Positions 13,609 to 26,000 of a DNA stretch of 64,000 nt are shown here, piece after piece. Made by a program: the position numbers and the translations under genes. This stretch comes from Psilocybe cubensis (Eukaryota): assembly GCA_017499595.2 (NCBI GenBank), contig CM039007.1, forward strand, positions 2,046,001 through 2,110,000. The letters are read 5' to 3'. The notes beneath the pieces were generated by a model, which was not told the DNA's origin, ran no database searches, and was given only the letters and a program-made list of their open reading frames with translations. Numbering within the stretch: position 1 is the first letter of the stretch; every line of letters starts with the position of its first letter.

Positions 13609-14651
13609 TTACGGACCAGAATAGTACTCATGCTGGGTGAGCGTATTAGATTGATAGATATCAGGCATGTAATGATTGTCGTTAGCAAGCTGAGGGAATC
13701 TGAATTCGGAGTACTGGTGCGTTGTATTGAGAGCAGCTACGGCTTGATCAAAGATGCTGTCCTGATTGATAGTGGAGGAGTTCCAGATGTAGTTAGCATC
13801 TGGTTCCCAGCCAGACGCAATTCCTTGATCAATTGTCAAGTTGGGCCCTTGTGTAAGATAGAGTTGGTTTCCGGAAGGATAGTAATCATAAGGACTGGGA
13901 AGAGGAATAAGATTGGAATGTTAGGTAAGAAGTCGCATGAGACTTGCCTTAAATTAGGCTGAATAAACAAGCCCTGCATATTCCCAGAGGCATTCTCCGG
14001 GTTGGCAAAGGCAGAGTCCCCATATCCTGTATACCCAGATACAACGATATTGAGGTTTTGGTCGATGGGTAAACGAAAGCCTTGCACGTCAGCGGCGGGC
14101 AACGGATGCCCCCCTGTAACTACGGATCCCATAGAAGTAGGGTAGTAACCAGGATCAGGCTCTGATAACAGTGGTAAGGTTTCTTCGGTTGGCGTAAGGG
14201 GGAGGAAAGATCGGTCATAGGGAGAGTCCATCAGGTCATCCAAGAGTGCAAGGTCGGCAGAATATGTGCTGGACGTGGGCGATATGCTCGGTCGACTCCC
14301 GGATTCGCTGCTAGTTGAGGTGCGCGTAGCTCGAACGTTATCTTCGAGTTTAGTGGGGGCGATACGGTAGTTAGACGTAGTCAGTTCGATAGACTCCGTC
14401 TCGCCTCCACGCCATACGCCGCAAAACACTGGCTCAGAATGGTTGCTTTGGGATCGCTCAACCTTGATTCTTTCTTGAAAGCCATGTTTGGTGTCCTGTG
14501 TGGTACGAGGTCAGGATTGAGTGGTAATGGATGACAAAGCAAAGCATGGGAAACAACTTGCCTCTTCCCGGAGATCGCGTAATTTCTTATGTCTCGCACG
14601 GTATTGGACTGGCTTCCTCCTCTGGCCAGCTTTCCTGGAGGGTTCCTTCAT
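13609..14651 (-). CDS. Hypothetical protein (S/P/T-rich, transcription-factor-like composition); exon structure uncertain
   Basis: Consecutive - strand ORFs 14381-14599, 13836-14429 and 13609-13839 with a plausible ATG at 14651 and a TATA-like element upstream. No recognisable domain. Confidence 0.35.
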
Positions 14652-16713
14652 GACTGCGGATAGTTAGAGGGGAAGAGTGATTTTAGCGCGCAGCGGAGCC
14701 GTTTGGGCAAAAGATCATTGATTGCACTGTCTTTATATTATCATACGAAGAAAGTTCAAGGTACGTCAAGGCCCGACGCAGCATAGTGTGGATACAACGC
14801 CCCTCATCGGGGGCACCGCCTGGAGCCCACAACTTTTGACGTGCGGCCTTGCTGAACTACCATGGCTAGTTTAAAGTTCCATAGCATATTTCTGATACAC
14901 GAGGCCTGCGGCAGCACTCCTGTCGTGAGATTCTACTCGACCTTGTACTAATTTGGATGCACATGACTCAATTAAATATATACCGACCAAATATGGGAGA
15001 GTTATGTCACATCTGTGGCGCTCTTCGTAGTGAGGAACCCGGTTTGACGAACGTTTTCGCCTTGCTTAAGCAGGATTTTATTTCGCTTTTACAATGCCAC
15101 AAATTAAATCTAGGGGGAAAGCACTCAATTGGGTGAATATACCGGTGAGGTCCTTCTTTACTGACAGTGTCTAACTTTAAAATGTAAATTACTTCTCAGT
15201 CACCGGTGCTCGGACTCTAAAAAATGTCCGTCGACGAGGTTCTCTTGTTGAAACAAGAAAAATCTGACATAAATAGATGATATACTACGTTGACATTGTA
15301 TGGTATTTTCAGTGCAGTCGGTACATTCTTTCCACTGGGATTCGAAATACCGCCTCTGAACCCCATATGATGTCAATTTACAAGTTTGAAACTCAACGTG
15401 TAATAGGTGAGGCTACGACCTACAGACACAGGCCCAGCACAGAAATTGTCAGGTAATGTGAACATTAGAAGGTTCCTCACACAGCATACAAGTTCCGAAG
15501 AAAACCTTACTGATAAGAATGACCTAGGGATTAGTATAGAGTGCATTCTTGGAACAGGCGGTCCGCCACTTCTACACAGGTTACTCTTGATCAAATCTTT
15601 CAAGAGTACGTCACTCCTGTTCAACAGACTGACTAGATAGCCGTGCTATGAAAATCAGAGAAACAGGGCAGCCGTGACACGAAATCTACATCGGTGGCGC
15701 TTGAGCAGAAATTTGCGGCTATTACATAACTTTACTATTTATAACTTTTGTCACAACATTCGCAAGTGAGACAAAGCTCTACAAGCCTTTTGAAATACTG
15801 GCTCAGTCAGATATTTAATTGAGGGTTTTACTTGCAAAAATGGTCACTAAATTTTAGAATTTTCATGGGACAGGGACTTTAATTCGAGTTAGCGGGACTC
15901 ACTGAGGAATCCTCTAAGTCACTGAACGCCACAGATAGGCTGTGCATTTGCGCGTGGGAAACCTGTTATTGATAGCGACGTCATAGTTTCAGGTATTCTC
16001 ATCTCAACTTCCATTGTAAAAAAACTCATGAACAAGAAAACCGAAAGATCTCGAGACATAGACAGCCAAGAATCATAGCCTCATCCACGCTACACGTTGA
16101 AAACGCGTTGTTACTGACGTCGGGGCGATGTTTAGCTAGAACCGATACCTAATTATGCTTGAGCCCAGAGATTCAACGTGCAATTCATGATAGCCGCTAC
16201 GCAATGCTTGAAAATTTACCGGCTTTGAAAAGCACCTTCCTTTGGAGAGGGTTCATCGACTCCGGTCTCTTGAATCCAGGAAAGGAGGTCTTGATACATT
16301 ATTAGACTTCTTGTTGCATATTAACCTCGCCAACTGCGGTCGAGGCCCGCTACTATTCATCTAGATATCCCGTCGGACAAGTAGTTAATTTTATAAACTT
16401 TAATGGGCTGAATTGACGAGTAAGGTGCTTTCTCAGTACTAGTTGTGCAACAGTCATCTGTGCCATTCATTCGCCGAGACCAGGCCGAGGCTGACCGAAA
16501 CATAATCACGTGATGTTTCTAGGTGTTTCGATTTTCTTCGAGGGTGTCCTCGCAAACAAGGACAGTAACTAGTAATGCCTGGAACAGGGATGACGAATAC
16601 GGAACTTCTGCAAAACACTTATAATCTTCGAAGGTCATATCTTTCGGAGACAAATCATATCCACCAGTTGATCTCACCGACAACTCTATTATCACTTACC
16701 TACATTCAACGTC

Positions 16714-18087
16714 ATGTTCGGTCAACCGTGGTATCGCGGCTATCCCTCCAATATTTCATATAATCCATACCTCCACTCTTCTTATCAGACGCCCCGGGCA
16801 CCTTACCCATATGCCTTTGACGAAGACCGAGCTCGTGCCATTGCTGACCAGCGAGCACGGAGGGCGCAATATCTCCCCGACGAAGTTGACGACGACGAAG
16901 ACGATTATTGGAGTCCCGCCCAGTTTGGCCCACGGGAGCGTGCGTATCTGGAAGCCAGGAAACGACAGGAGATGTTAGAGCGCATGAAGCAGGAGGAAGA
17001 AGAGGCTGCTCAGCAACGTGCTCTGGAAGAGCAGAGGTGGCAGAAAGCATTGGAAGAGAGACAGCGAGAAGATCAGGAAAAGAGGCAGAAGCTGTTGGAG
17101 GAGCGCCGACGCCAGATGCGGCTCAAGAGAGAGGAAGAGGAGCGCAGAATAGCCGCTGAAAGAGACAAGGTATATACAGACTCCCTCTTACCAGATGCAG
17201 CAGACTCTAATAAGAATTCTCAGCAGCGGCAGCAGCAGCAGATGCATGCTCGACGAGACCGTTCACGGTCCAATGCGTCCCAACGACAACCTGCGCGCGA
17301 TACTCAGCGGCAAAGATCACAATCACCCGCCCAACAGGACACATCTTCCATGCCCATCCCAATTCATGTTCATAATCAATCCACATCATCACCTGCCCCA
17401 TCCTCATCGTCCAAATCTTCGATCCCTGTTCCTGAGACGGATGCCACTTCTCGTCCTTCTTCACCCCGAACGCCCCCAGCGCGGACACCTAGTCCCATCT
17501 CCAGACACAGCATAGAGGAGCAGAACGAGGCCGCGAGTCGTATACAAAGACAATATCGCATCCATGCCTCATTACGCTCCCTAGACGACCTAGCGTCTCA
17601 GTTTGAGACCCTGAAGAAGAACTTCGTGTATCCGAGGAGCATCGATTTCCAGAATCCAGGCTCCGAAGGTGGGCATATCAGCGTAGGCGCTTACAGACCA
17701 CCCTCCGACTTTGATAACGAGGACGAGGTGCAACCTATGGACGTAGATGGCCCTGAGGGGAAACTGGACTATACGTCCACGAATTACGCGCTACACAGCT
17801 ACGTGGATTCGATGGACAAGCTTTTAATGAAGCTCGATGGCGTGGAGAGTTGGGGTCAGAAAGAAATACGTCAGAAGCGCAGGGACATCGTCAAAAGCAT
17901 CGAGAAGGAGGCGTCCAAGATTGAGAGATATTGGAAGCAGACTTGGATAGATTACCTGGTCAAGCAGGCGTCCAAATCGAAACCATCCGAATCTCAGCAA
18001 TCTGAAGAGCATCACGCGACCATACCCATTACATCGCCAAGTTCCGAGGATTCAGCAGAACCTATGGAGGATTCGGAGGAGGACTAA
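16714..18087 (+). CDS. BAG-domain Hsp70 co-chaperone with IQ-like motif and E/R/Q-rich coiled coil
   Basis: AASRIQRQYR (IQ-like) followed by YVDSMDKLLMKLDGVESWGQKEIRQKRRDIVKSIEKE (BAG helices). A probable in-frame 54-nt intron lies at about 17170-17223. Confidence 0.8.
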   Translation: MFGQPWYRGYPSNISYNPYLHSSYQTPRAPYPYAFDEDRARAIADQRARRAQYLPDEVDDDEDDYWSPAQFGPRERAYLEARKRQEMLERMKQEEEEAAQQRALEEQRWQKALEERQREDQEKRQKLLEERRRQMRLKREEEERRIAAERDKVYTDSLLPDAADSNKNSQQRQQQQMHARRDRSRSNASQRQPARDTQRQRSQSPAQQDTSSMPIPIHVHNQSTSSPAPSSSSKSSIPVPETDATSRPSSPRTPPARTPSPISRHSIEEQNEAASRIQRQYRIHASLRSLDDLASQFETLKKNFVYPRSIDFQNPGSEGGHISVGAYRPPSDFDNEDEVQPMDVDGPEGKLDYTSTNYALHSYVDSMDKLLMKLDGVESWGQKEIRQKRRDIVKSIEKEASKIERYWKQTWIDYLVKQASKSKPSESQQSEEHHATIPITSPSSEDSAEPMEDSEED

Positions 18088-18283
18088 TTTCTGCTTTTTT
18101 TTTGGACATTTCGCATTTCCGTGTATTTTATTGTACTGTACCATAGTATATTCATGCATCCTTGTACAAGATTTGCAATGCATCAGAAAACATTTAAAAC
18201 CAAATCAACCCCTACCGTGAGAAAGCGACCTCGTTGATTCAGAACTCATCATTACTTGCTCGTGCATACTTTGAACTCGAACC

Positions 18284-19190
18284 ATGCCTCCAACACATCG
18301 TGTACCGCAAATAGATCTCGCTGCCGTTCTAGCTCAAAGTCACCCATCCATAGATCTCAAGGTTCAAACATTTGAAGACTCTTCGAGAAACTTCCTCAAG
18401 GCCCTTACGAGTTACAAAAACCGCGCAATCACGACAATCTCTGAGCGTCGCAAACACCAGGCGGCTGAAAAGAAGAAGGTGTTGGAAAGAATCCAAGCAG
18501 TTGAGAAGGAGACCAATCTATGCAAACTGAAAGAGATTGATCTTGTGGCACGTACGTTGTTGAGCGTTATACGAGTTATCTATGTGCTTACATTATCATA
18601 CCAGAACTTGAACGAGAGAAGGAAGAACGCAAGGACGCGGAGCTGCAGGTCGCGTCGTTCAAGCGACAACTTGCTGCAGTCCGCGAGAAAAGCACCTCGG
18701 TTGATGCAGACATTGAACAATACCGCGTTCTGACACAGACCCTTCGTCGAGGTGAGTTTGCTTTCAACATACATGAACGCGTATCTCAGGTTGCCACGCA
18801 CTAGACAAGGACAAGGAGCGGTCAACGCTGAGCTCGTACAGCTCGCATGTCTTCCCTGAGCTACGAGCCTGTGAAGAGAAACTTGCTTGTTCTATTGAGG
18901 GCGTAGAGACAGACCAGCTGTTAATTCGCTTTCACCGCGTTGATCCATCCGACCCAGAACGCGTAGCTGGCTTTGTGATCGATATCTCGACGCAGATTTA
19001 TAAAATTATCACTTCCTCTCCTAACCTTCCTTCGATGCCGATTCTTGTGAACGATCTCAATGAGACTCGAAATATCTACGATTTCATTAGAGAAGTGCGT
19101 GCTGCTTACGCAAACCTAGTATGTCTTTGTTGCAATTCGCCTTTTGACACTCTGATTTATCACTCGCAGCTCGATACCAGGATGTCATAG
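18284..19190 (+). CDS. SPC25: Kinetochore Ndc80-complex subunit Spc25, 4 exons
   Basis: Long N-terminal coiled coil, then the RWD-like globular domain LACSIEGVETDQLLIRFHRVDPSDPERVAGFVIDISTQIYKIITSSPNLPSMPILVNDLNETRNIYDFIREVRAAY. Confidence 0.8.
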
Positions 19191-19978
19191 GATACCAGTT
19201 CACCCTCTGTTCACCCTCCGTTTGTTTTAACTTGAAGTCCCACTGTATTTTTATGATGCATGTTGTCTTATTAGTATCTATGTAACTTGATTCAAACACT
19301 TTGACAGTGATAACTTGCAGCTAAGTTTTGCAAGTGTGCAAGTGATTGGTTCAATCTAATATTTACACACAGTGAGTCAGTGCTCGCATTTTCAACACAG
19401 CCCCACTTAATACGTTTTTAAGATCGCTGTCAATCAGGCATGCCAAGTTGCTGAAATAATAATTGACGTTTATGATCCTACCTACATTTCATGTACTCAG
19501 GGCACCACGCGGAGAGTGAGACAGAGTACGTATGATAACTTTTTGAAATGCCGATGTGGTTTCGCCTTTGTCGTTGTTGCCATCGCCTGTTGAGCTAAGA
19601 TTACTTACAGATATTTTGCATGACCAGTGTTCACCATCCCCAACCAGGAATATGGGCATGTAGCACGCCGTGAGCCTGTCGTGCTTCAGGCCAGTTACCC
19701 TGTAACGCCGAGTGATGTGCTGTCTTTCGTCTTAGTTGTTCCTTTCAAATTTCGCACCATGGTCAGCCTGTGATGGCCAGCGGCTGATGGCAGCCATCAG
19801 TCACCACCTTGGCTCTTTACAATCATGTCTACCCCTCGAATGTTGGAAGAAAACGAACTGCCCTTAAAAATGGGACACACCCTGTCTTTTTGCTCATCTT
19901 TCCTTCCTTTCTCCGATTCTATCTCAAGCCCGTTGGGAATTGAATTTCCATAGTCTCTTGCCCCTGAACAGGAAAATT

Positions 19979-22740
19979 ATGCCAAACACCACACCAGGCT
20001 CGTCTTTTGGCCAAAGCCTTCAGTTTATTACCGAAATAAAGCTTCAAGAACTCGAAAAGCAACGGCTCGCATACCAGGCCCACGCCAAAGTTCTTGAACA
20101 GGCGAAAGCTCTCGGCGACAGCGGAAAACTCCTGGAGAAGGTCGAAATCCTTGCTAAAGCGGTGAAATCGTGGAAAGGGTCAGGAGAAGTGAAACAGCAC
20201 TCGCCAATTGTGGGCGGCAAACTTCAGCTAAAAAACTTGGAATATTGGATCCAACAAGCGAAATACGACCCCAACTTCAATCCAAAAATTGTCGAGGGAT
20301 GGGCAGAAACGCTCGAGGATCACATCCGACATACAGTTATGCGCTTCGACTCAGCTAAGCTATTTGGTAGCTTGTTTAACGAGTGGTTGGCCAGTGGAGA
20401 TTCTGCTACTGTCTCTTATCAAGGACTCTCTGAAAACCAATCAGAATTCGTGGAGGTTGGGAGGAAGGAAATGTACGACCAGAAGGAAAAGTTGATGTCA
20501 ATTGTTTTTGACGACTATCCAACGCCAGTCACTGAACTCAGTGCATATCTGGAGCAACTGTTTAGCTCAGAAGAGGCGAAGAAAGTCTTAGCTGGTTTAA
20601 GGAGGGACCTCAAGGACTTTGGGGCAACACTTCAACGCAAAACCATTACCCCCCAGGATGTGCGGAATGCGATTTCTGGCTTGCTTGCTACTGGACTTAT
20701 GGATGAGGAAAAGCGAACGACCTTGAGAGCCTTCGAAGAGAACTCGACAGTATTGAATGAGGTCACCAGTGTTCTTAATATGCGGATGGCTAGCCTTGAC
20801 ACTTGGGCATGGCCCAAAGAAGGCATTCTTGTTGAGTTCCGTCGTCACTTTAATGGAAAATATAGGTGCTTCTTCATTTTTTCTGAGAGTTGATGGTCAT
20901 TAACCTTTTTCTTAAAATTAGAGCCTTCACTGACCCTGAAATCATGGATGCACTTCTGCTTCATCACCTCGGAGTTTCCTGGCAAGTGAAACTCAAAGGC
21001 TGCCTAACTCGTCTATTCAGCAGTAAAGCCTGGATACGACCCGCTTCTCCCAAACAAGACGAGAAAAAGAGGCGCGCAGATCAACTCCGAGATTCAAACG
21101 GTGGATCTCAAGAACCACGTTCTATTGACGTCGAGCGAGAAAATAACCAACACACCATGTTCTTTGTAACTCAGTTGCAAGAAACAAGCAACCAGCCAAA
21201 GCCTTACGACGACACTGGGGATTCGGGTCAACAACGAACGGAACCCTCACGTATGAGCGGAGCGCAAATAAAACAGAAGTTATTGCATATTATAACGACG
21301 GAGACGTATCTTAATACGGCGCTTCATGGAACTCATGCTATCCTTTGCTCAGACTTGGAGTGGTTTGGACCTTCCTTGCCGCATACTTCCATCCTAACTG
21401 TTCTCGAGTTCATGGGCCTTCCAAAAACCTGGTTATCGTTCTTACAAGCTTTCCTATCTGCGCCTATTCGCTTCCATGGTGAAGATGAACCGCGTACTCG
21501 CAAACGTGGGACCCCTATTGGATATGCATTCAGCGTATTTTGTGGCGAGGCCGTTATCTTCATTATGGATTTTGCTGTTAACCAGTGTGCCGATGGACTT
21601 TTTCTGCATCGTATGCACGACGACCTATGGCTCTGGGATGCCAGCGCTGAAAAGGTGGCCCGTGGGTGGGCAGAGATGAACAAATACGCACGGCTGGTCG
21701 GGCTCAAATTTAATGATACGAAAACAGGGTCGGCTTACGTTGGCCCTCCAGAGGATGCTTCTGGTCTGCCGAAAGGCGATATTCGTTGGGGTTTCCTAGT
21801 TTTCGATCCAAAGGAATCACGATTTGTCCTTAACCAAGAAGAGATCAACAAGAATATCGTTGAGATGCGCCGACAACTTACGAGCACCAAGTCTGTTTTT
21901 GGCTGGGTCAACACTTATAACAAGTATATGTCTTATATCCTAAGGAACTTGGGTGGTATTCCTGCTAATTGCTTCGGGCAAGCTCACATTGGTGACGTCA
22001 TCGGCGTTCTGATTCGTATTCAACGAGAGCTCTTCAGCGACGGAAGTGGAAGTGCGGTTGGTTATCTTCGAAAAACTATTCAAGAACGATTTGGAGTGGC
22101 AGACCTTCCTGAAGGCTACTTTTATTTTCCTATTGGCAGTGGAGGCCTTGAACTTCGCAACCCATTATTGGAGCTACTTTCCCTACAAAGACATGGAAAG
22201 CCCCTCGTATCACACGGAGACCAAGATGAATTTGATGCTAGAGGGCGCCACCGAAATCCTGACGATGATGACGCCGCTGCAGCTTCTCCCGAAGTATTCT
22301 TCGAGCATACAGCAATTGCTGACCAGAAATTCAAGAAGCGCATCGAGCACGACCGGAAGCTTTACGCTCATCTAAAAAATGTCTGGGAGAAGGATCGCGA
22401 GTATCGAAAGGGGAAGAAAGGTGTTAGTCAAGAATTCATGTCTTTCGAAGAATACATTTCTCTCCGTGAGTCCTGGCTTACAGAGTGGGGCAACTCATAT
22501 CGCGACATGTTGGAGTTGCCGAAAAGGTGTTCTGTGGAGTTAGTACCGAAGGTCAAGGAGGCGCTTGTGCAAACGTCAAAATCCTGGGTCTTTATGGAAT
22601 GGCATGAGCAATGGGTGGTCAGTATGTATGGTGATGAAGTTGTGAAAAGGTTTGGGGGCCTTGACGTCGTGGATCCCGATTTGATTCCTGTTGGGATGGT
22701 GCAGTTGTTTAGAACTTCGAGAATTAAACTAGACCAGTAG
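19979..22740 (+). CDS. rvt: Cellular reverse transcriptase-related protein (rvt class), about 901 aa; exons 19979-20865 and 20922-22740
   Basis: RT motif A SDLEWFGPSLPH, motif B RKRGTPIGYAFSVFCGE, motif C LHRMHDDLWLW, then GLKFNDTKTGS and DIRWGFL. N-terminal coiled coil QSLQFITEIKLQELEKQR. A 56-nt GT-AG intron (20866-20921) restores NGKYR|AFTDPE in frame. No LTR, gag, RNase H, integrase or endonuclease. Confidence 0.9.
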
Positions 22741-23035
22741 GTTTATACCCTAGTGCACAACATACTTTCATGAATATGATGTAATTTAGAAGTGTCTGGG
22801 AGCGAAAGCTACGAGCTGAGCGCTGACTCGTTGGACGCAAGTTGGAGGGTCGAACGCAATAATAACCCCACTTGGCCATTTCTTGCTCTTGGCGGCGAAA
22901 AAATTCCATAAATGGAATCCTTTTCCCTGGCATTGGCAAAAGCAGTCACGACTCACGTGCCTAATTTTTTGAAGTCGCTGCATCACTAATGCTTCACTGT
23001 TCCTGTCCAGTGTCAATTGTCCAAAATCTTTAGAC

Positions 23036-26000
23036 ATGTCCAGCTTAGCTACCCAGCTGGCAAAAAATGTCTCCCTCAACGCATCTCTTCTCGTGGACCG
23101 ATCTCGTCGAAAGGCATCCGCTTCCTATCTCTTCACTGGGAAAGATGCGGATGAACACGACCTGGAAGCAATTCACGCCCTGGCCGTTAATGCATTGATA
23201 CAGCTATCATCTATCTGCCCCAGTTTAGGAAACTATGAAGATTCTCTTTTCTCTGAAAGGGCTAAAGAAACGGACAGAACATTGTTAACATTGGAGGCGA
23301 TTGAAGAATTGGACAAAGCCATCGAAGATTTCCTATGGCTGCTTAGTCCATATTTGATGGAACCATCCACTGGAAAGATCATAGAATGGCTAGTGAGGAG
23401 GTTCCGGTGAGTGTTATAAAAGATGCAGTTAGATATTCTCTTATATTTGTTCTGTCTTAGGATCAACGAATTTAATATCGAAGCCACATTGTCTCTCTTT
23501 CTCCCATATCATGAATCGCCGCACTTTGCTAAAATGCTTACTATCCTACAACTAAAGTACTCGATCTCATCTGTCTGTCGTGATATAAATACTAATAACA
23601 GCGGTCATTTTACTAGACCCAACTCTACCTGGAGTTTTCTCATTCCCTATAAATCCGCCGCTCAAAATCTCCCTCGAGTATCGTTGGTCACGGAAATGCT
23701 TAAAAATTCAGACCTCGCACGCTTCGTTGTGTCACTGCTTCCTGCAGCAGTCAAAAAAGGATTGGGACATCGTGTCCTCTACGCTTTCAATGCCGCCACT
23801 CTACATGATTTCCTTAAACGAAGTAAAACAATGAGTGAAGGGACAATGGCATATCTTTTGCCGGCACTAATCGAACCATTGCAACAGAAGGGGAAGAAAT
23901 CAGTGAAAGATGGGATCGTGAGCATATCTTTTTATTGCGTTGCAGACCAGCTTTTCACGATTTTGTTGTAGCTTGGAAGTTACATCCTTCTTGCTACCCT
24001 TTCCTCGAAATGTGAACTTTCACCTACAGCTCTGAAGGCTATTGCAGGGATCATGGCATCTTGTGCTCATGTAGTGCAAGCAGACCAGTTTCTTAGTTCC
24101 CTTGTAGCAGTTTGCGAGGGCCAACCTGAATTGGACGAGTTCACTGATGGGACGCTTAGTGCTATGCTTCGCATTTCGTACGTCCCTCTATTAATACATG
24201 TGGACCGAATTTATATCTCATGTATACAGCGGTTTCAAAGAAGCACTCGCTACAAGCTCATCTTGGGTAGGCAGTGAGAAGGTTATTCTTCCCTTAGTGA
24301 GAATGCTCTGCAAAAAGTGCGTGATTCTACCGTCTAGTTGCCCATCTCTCTGACTTCTCCGAAAGATTGGATGGTTCCAATGTGTCAGACATACTTGAAT
24401 CCGTTATCTTGACAGAGATGACTCCTTCGTCTATACTCGAAACATTGGCCTCTTCTCTTGTGGAAATTGCCGCAAAATCAGAAGGAGAAACCCAGATATC
24501 GCTGTGCTCGCGCCGGCTGCTTTCACTGATCCAACAACGTCATCCAGATATTCTTGGAAGCGCAGTGGACAAATTTAGTGAAAACAACCCTTCTTTGGGA
24601 GATACCATTGAACAGTTGATTATTTCTCTATCAACTGTGAGCCTCAAAAGCACCATTACCATTCTTTTTCTTACACAAAAATTACCAGATTGGCCAACTT
24701 TCAAATGCGACTTTACGTGAAGGCAATGATATGCTTCTGGCGTCGGCAGATTCTGATGCCAAAGTGCGCATCATAGCTGTTAAAGAATTGGTGAAATCTA
24801 TTGAAGGGAAAGAATTGTCAAGCATCGATAATATGGTGCGATTCCAGCTTTGTGACTACAAGAATGACACTTACACTTTGCAGGAAACTACTCGAGGTAT
24901 TATGATCGCTCGCCTACAAGATTCCAATGCCAGTGTTTTGGAAGCGTTATACGCAAATCCTTTGGCTGTAACCCCAATTTTCGTATCAGACTCAAAAGCG
25001 TTTTTGTCATCGTTATGCGTGGCCATGGATTCAGATTCCAAACCAAAACGCAACCTTCTTCGCCTTCATTTGACCTATTTGGCGTCCTCTTTCTGGAAAG
25101 CAGTCGATGCCTCAGTACAAACGGATATCTTCCATCGCATTTTCTTCCCATTTTTGTTGTTTTCAAAGCCCAGACAGAAAACTGCGGAACTTGTGTGGGA
25201 CATCATCCAGGATCACCTTTCTGAAGACAAGGCCCTGGACTGGCTTACGGGCTGTGCCCAGGTAGTCAAAGCAGAGAGTAACACCGAAGGCGACGCCGTT
25301 GAACACATGAACCTCATTAACCTCAACGTCGCAGAGCGAATGGCCGGTAAGTTACCAGTATTTTGGTACTTGTTGCTACTGATAAGTTGTCCAGGCAATA
25401 TTATGAAATCAGATCGGTTTACTGACAACCTCTCAACACTCCTAAGCAAACTGAGAGATCCACACCCTCATACCAGATTAATGGGTTACCTTGTCGCCAC
25501 GTCTCTCGTAAAGCAGCTATCTGAAGATCTGCAAGTTGATGCTGCCCACCAGATCTTGGCAACTATGAACCTTGACGAGCTTTCAGGCATTGATGATTCT
25601 TCACAAGAACATCTGGCGCTTATTGTAAGAAATATTTAATTTGAGCATATATATATATATCTCACTCATCTCCTCAAACAGTCAACGGAGGATAAATCTC
25701 TAGGAAAATATATAATCACCAAACCTAGCAGCAAAACCACACAGAATTGGATTCAAATTTCACTTGTAGCTACCATCGCTCGCATTCCACGACCTGCGGA
25801 TATTGTCCTCGACTGGGTTGCCGAGTTATCTTCTGTAATTCGTTTGTTTCTTGCACAAAATCTCTACTCACCCGCGTTGTTGTAGGAGGATACAGACCTG
25901 GGAAGTCGCTACGTCAGACTGATTAGGTCTATTTACCAACTCGCAAATGCATCAACTTCAATTCCCGTACTTTCCAGCTCGCTGCTGCAAATTTTATTTT

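Noticed and set aside
16510-16635. Heat-shock elements upstream of the BAG gene
   Set aside because: Only degenerate nTTCn/nGAAn units; no clean three-unit HSE.
19979-22740. Interpreting the RT as a LINE/LTR retrotransposon or telomerase
   Set aside because: No flanking repeats, TSD, poly(A) tail, gag, endonuclease, RNase H or integrase, and it contains a spliceosomal intron. The HDD motif and FGPSLPH context match rvt, and TERT-specific T/CP motifs are not evident.
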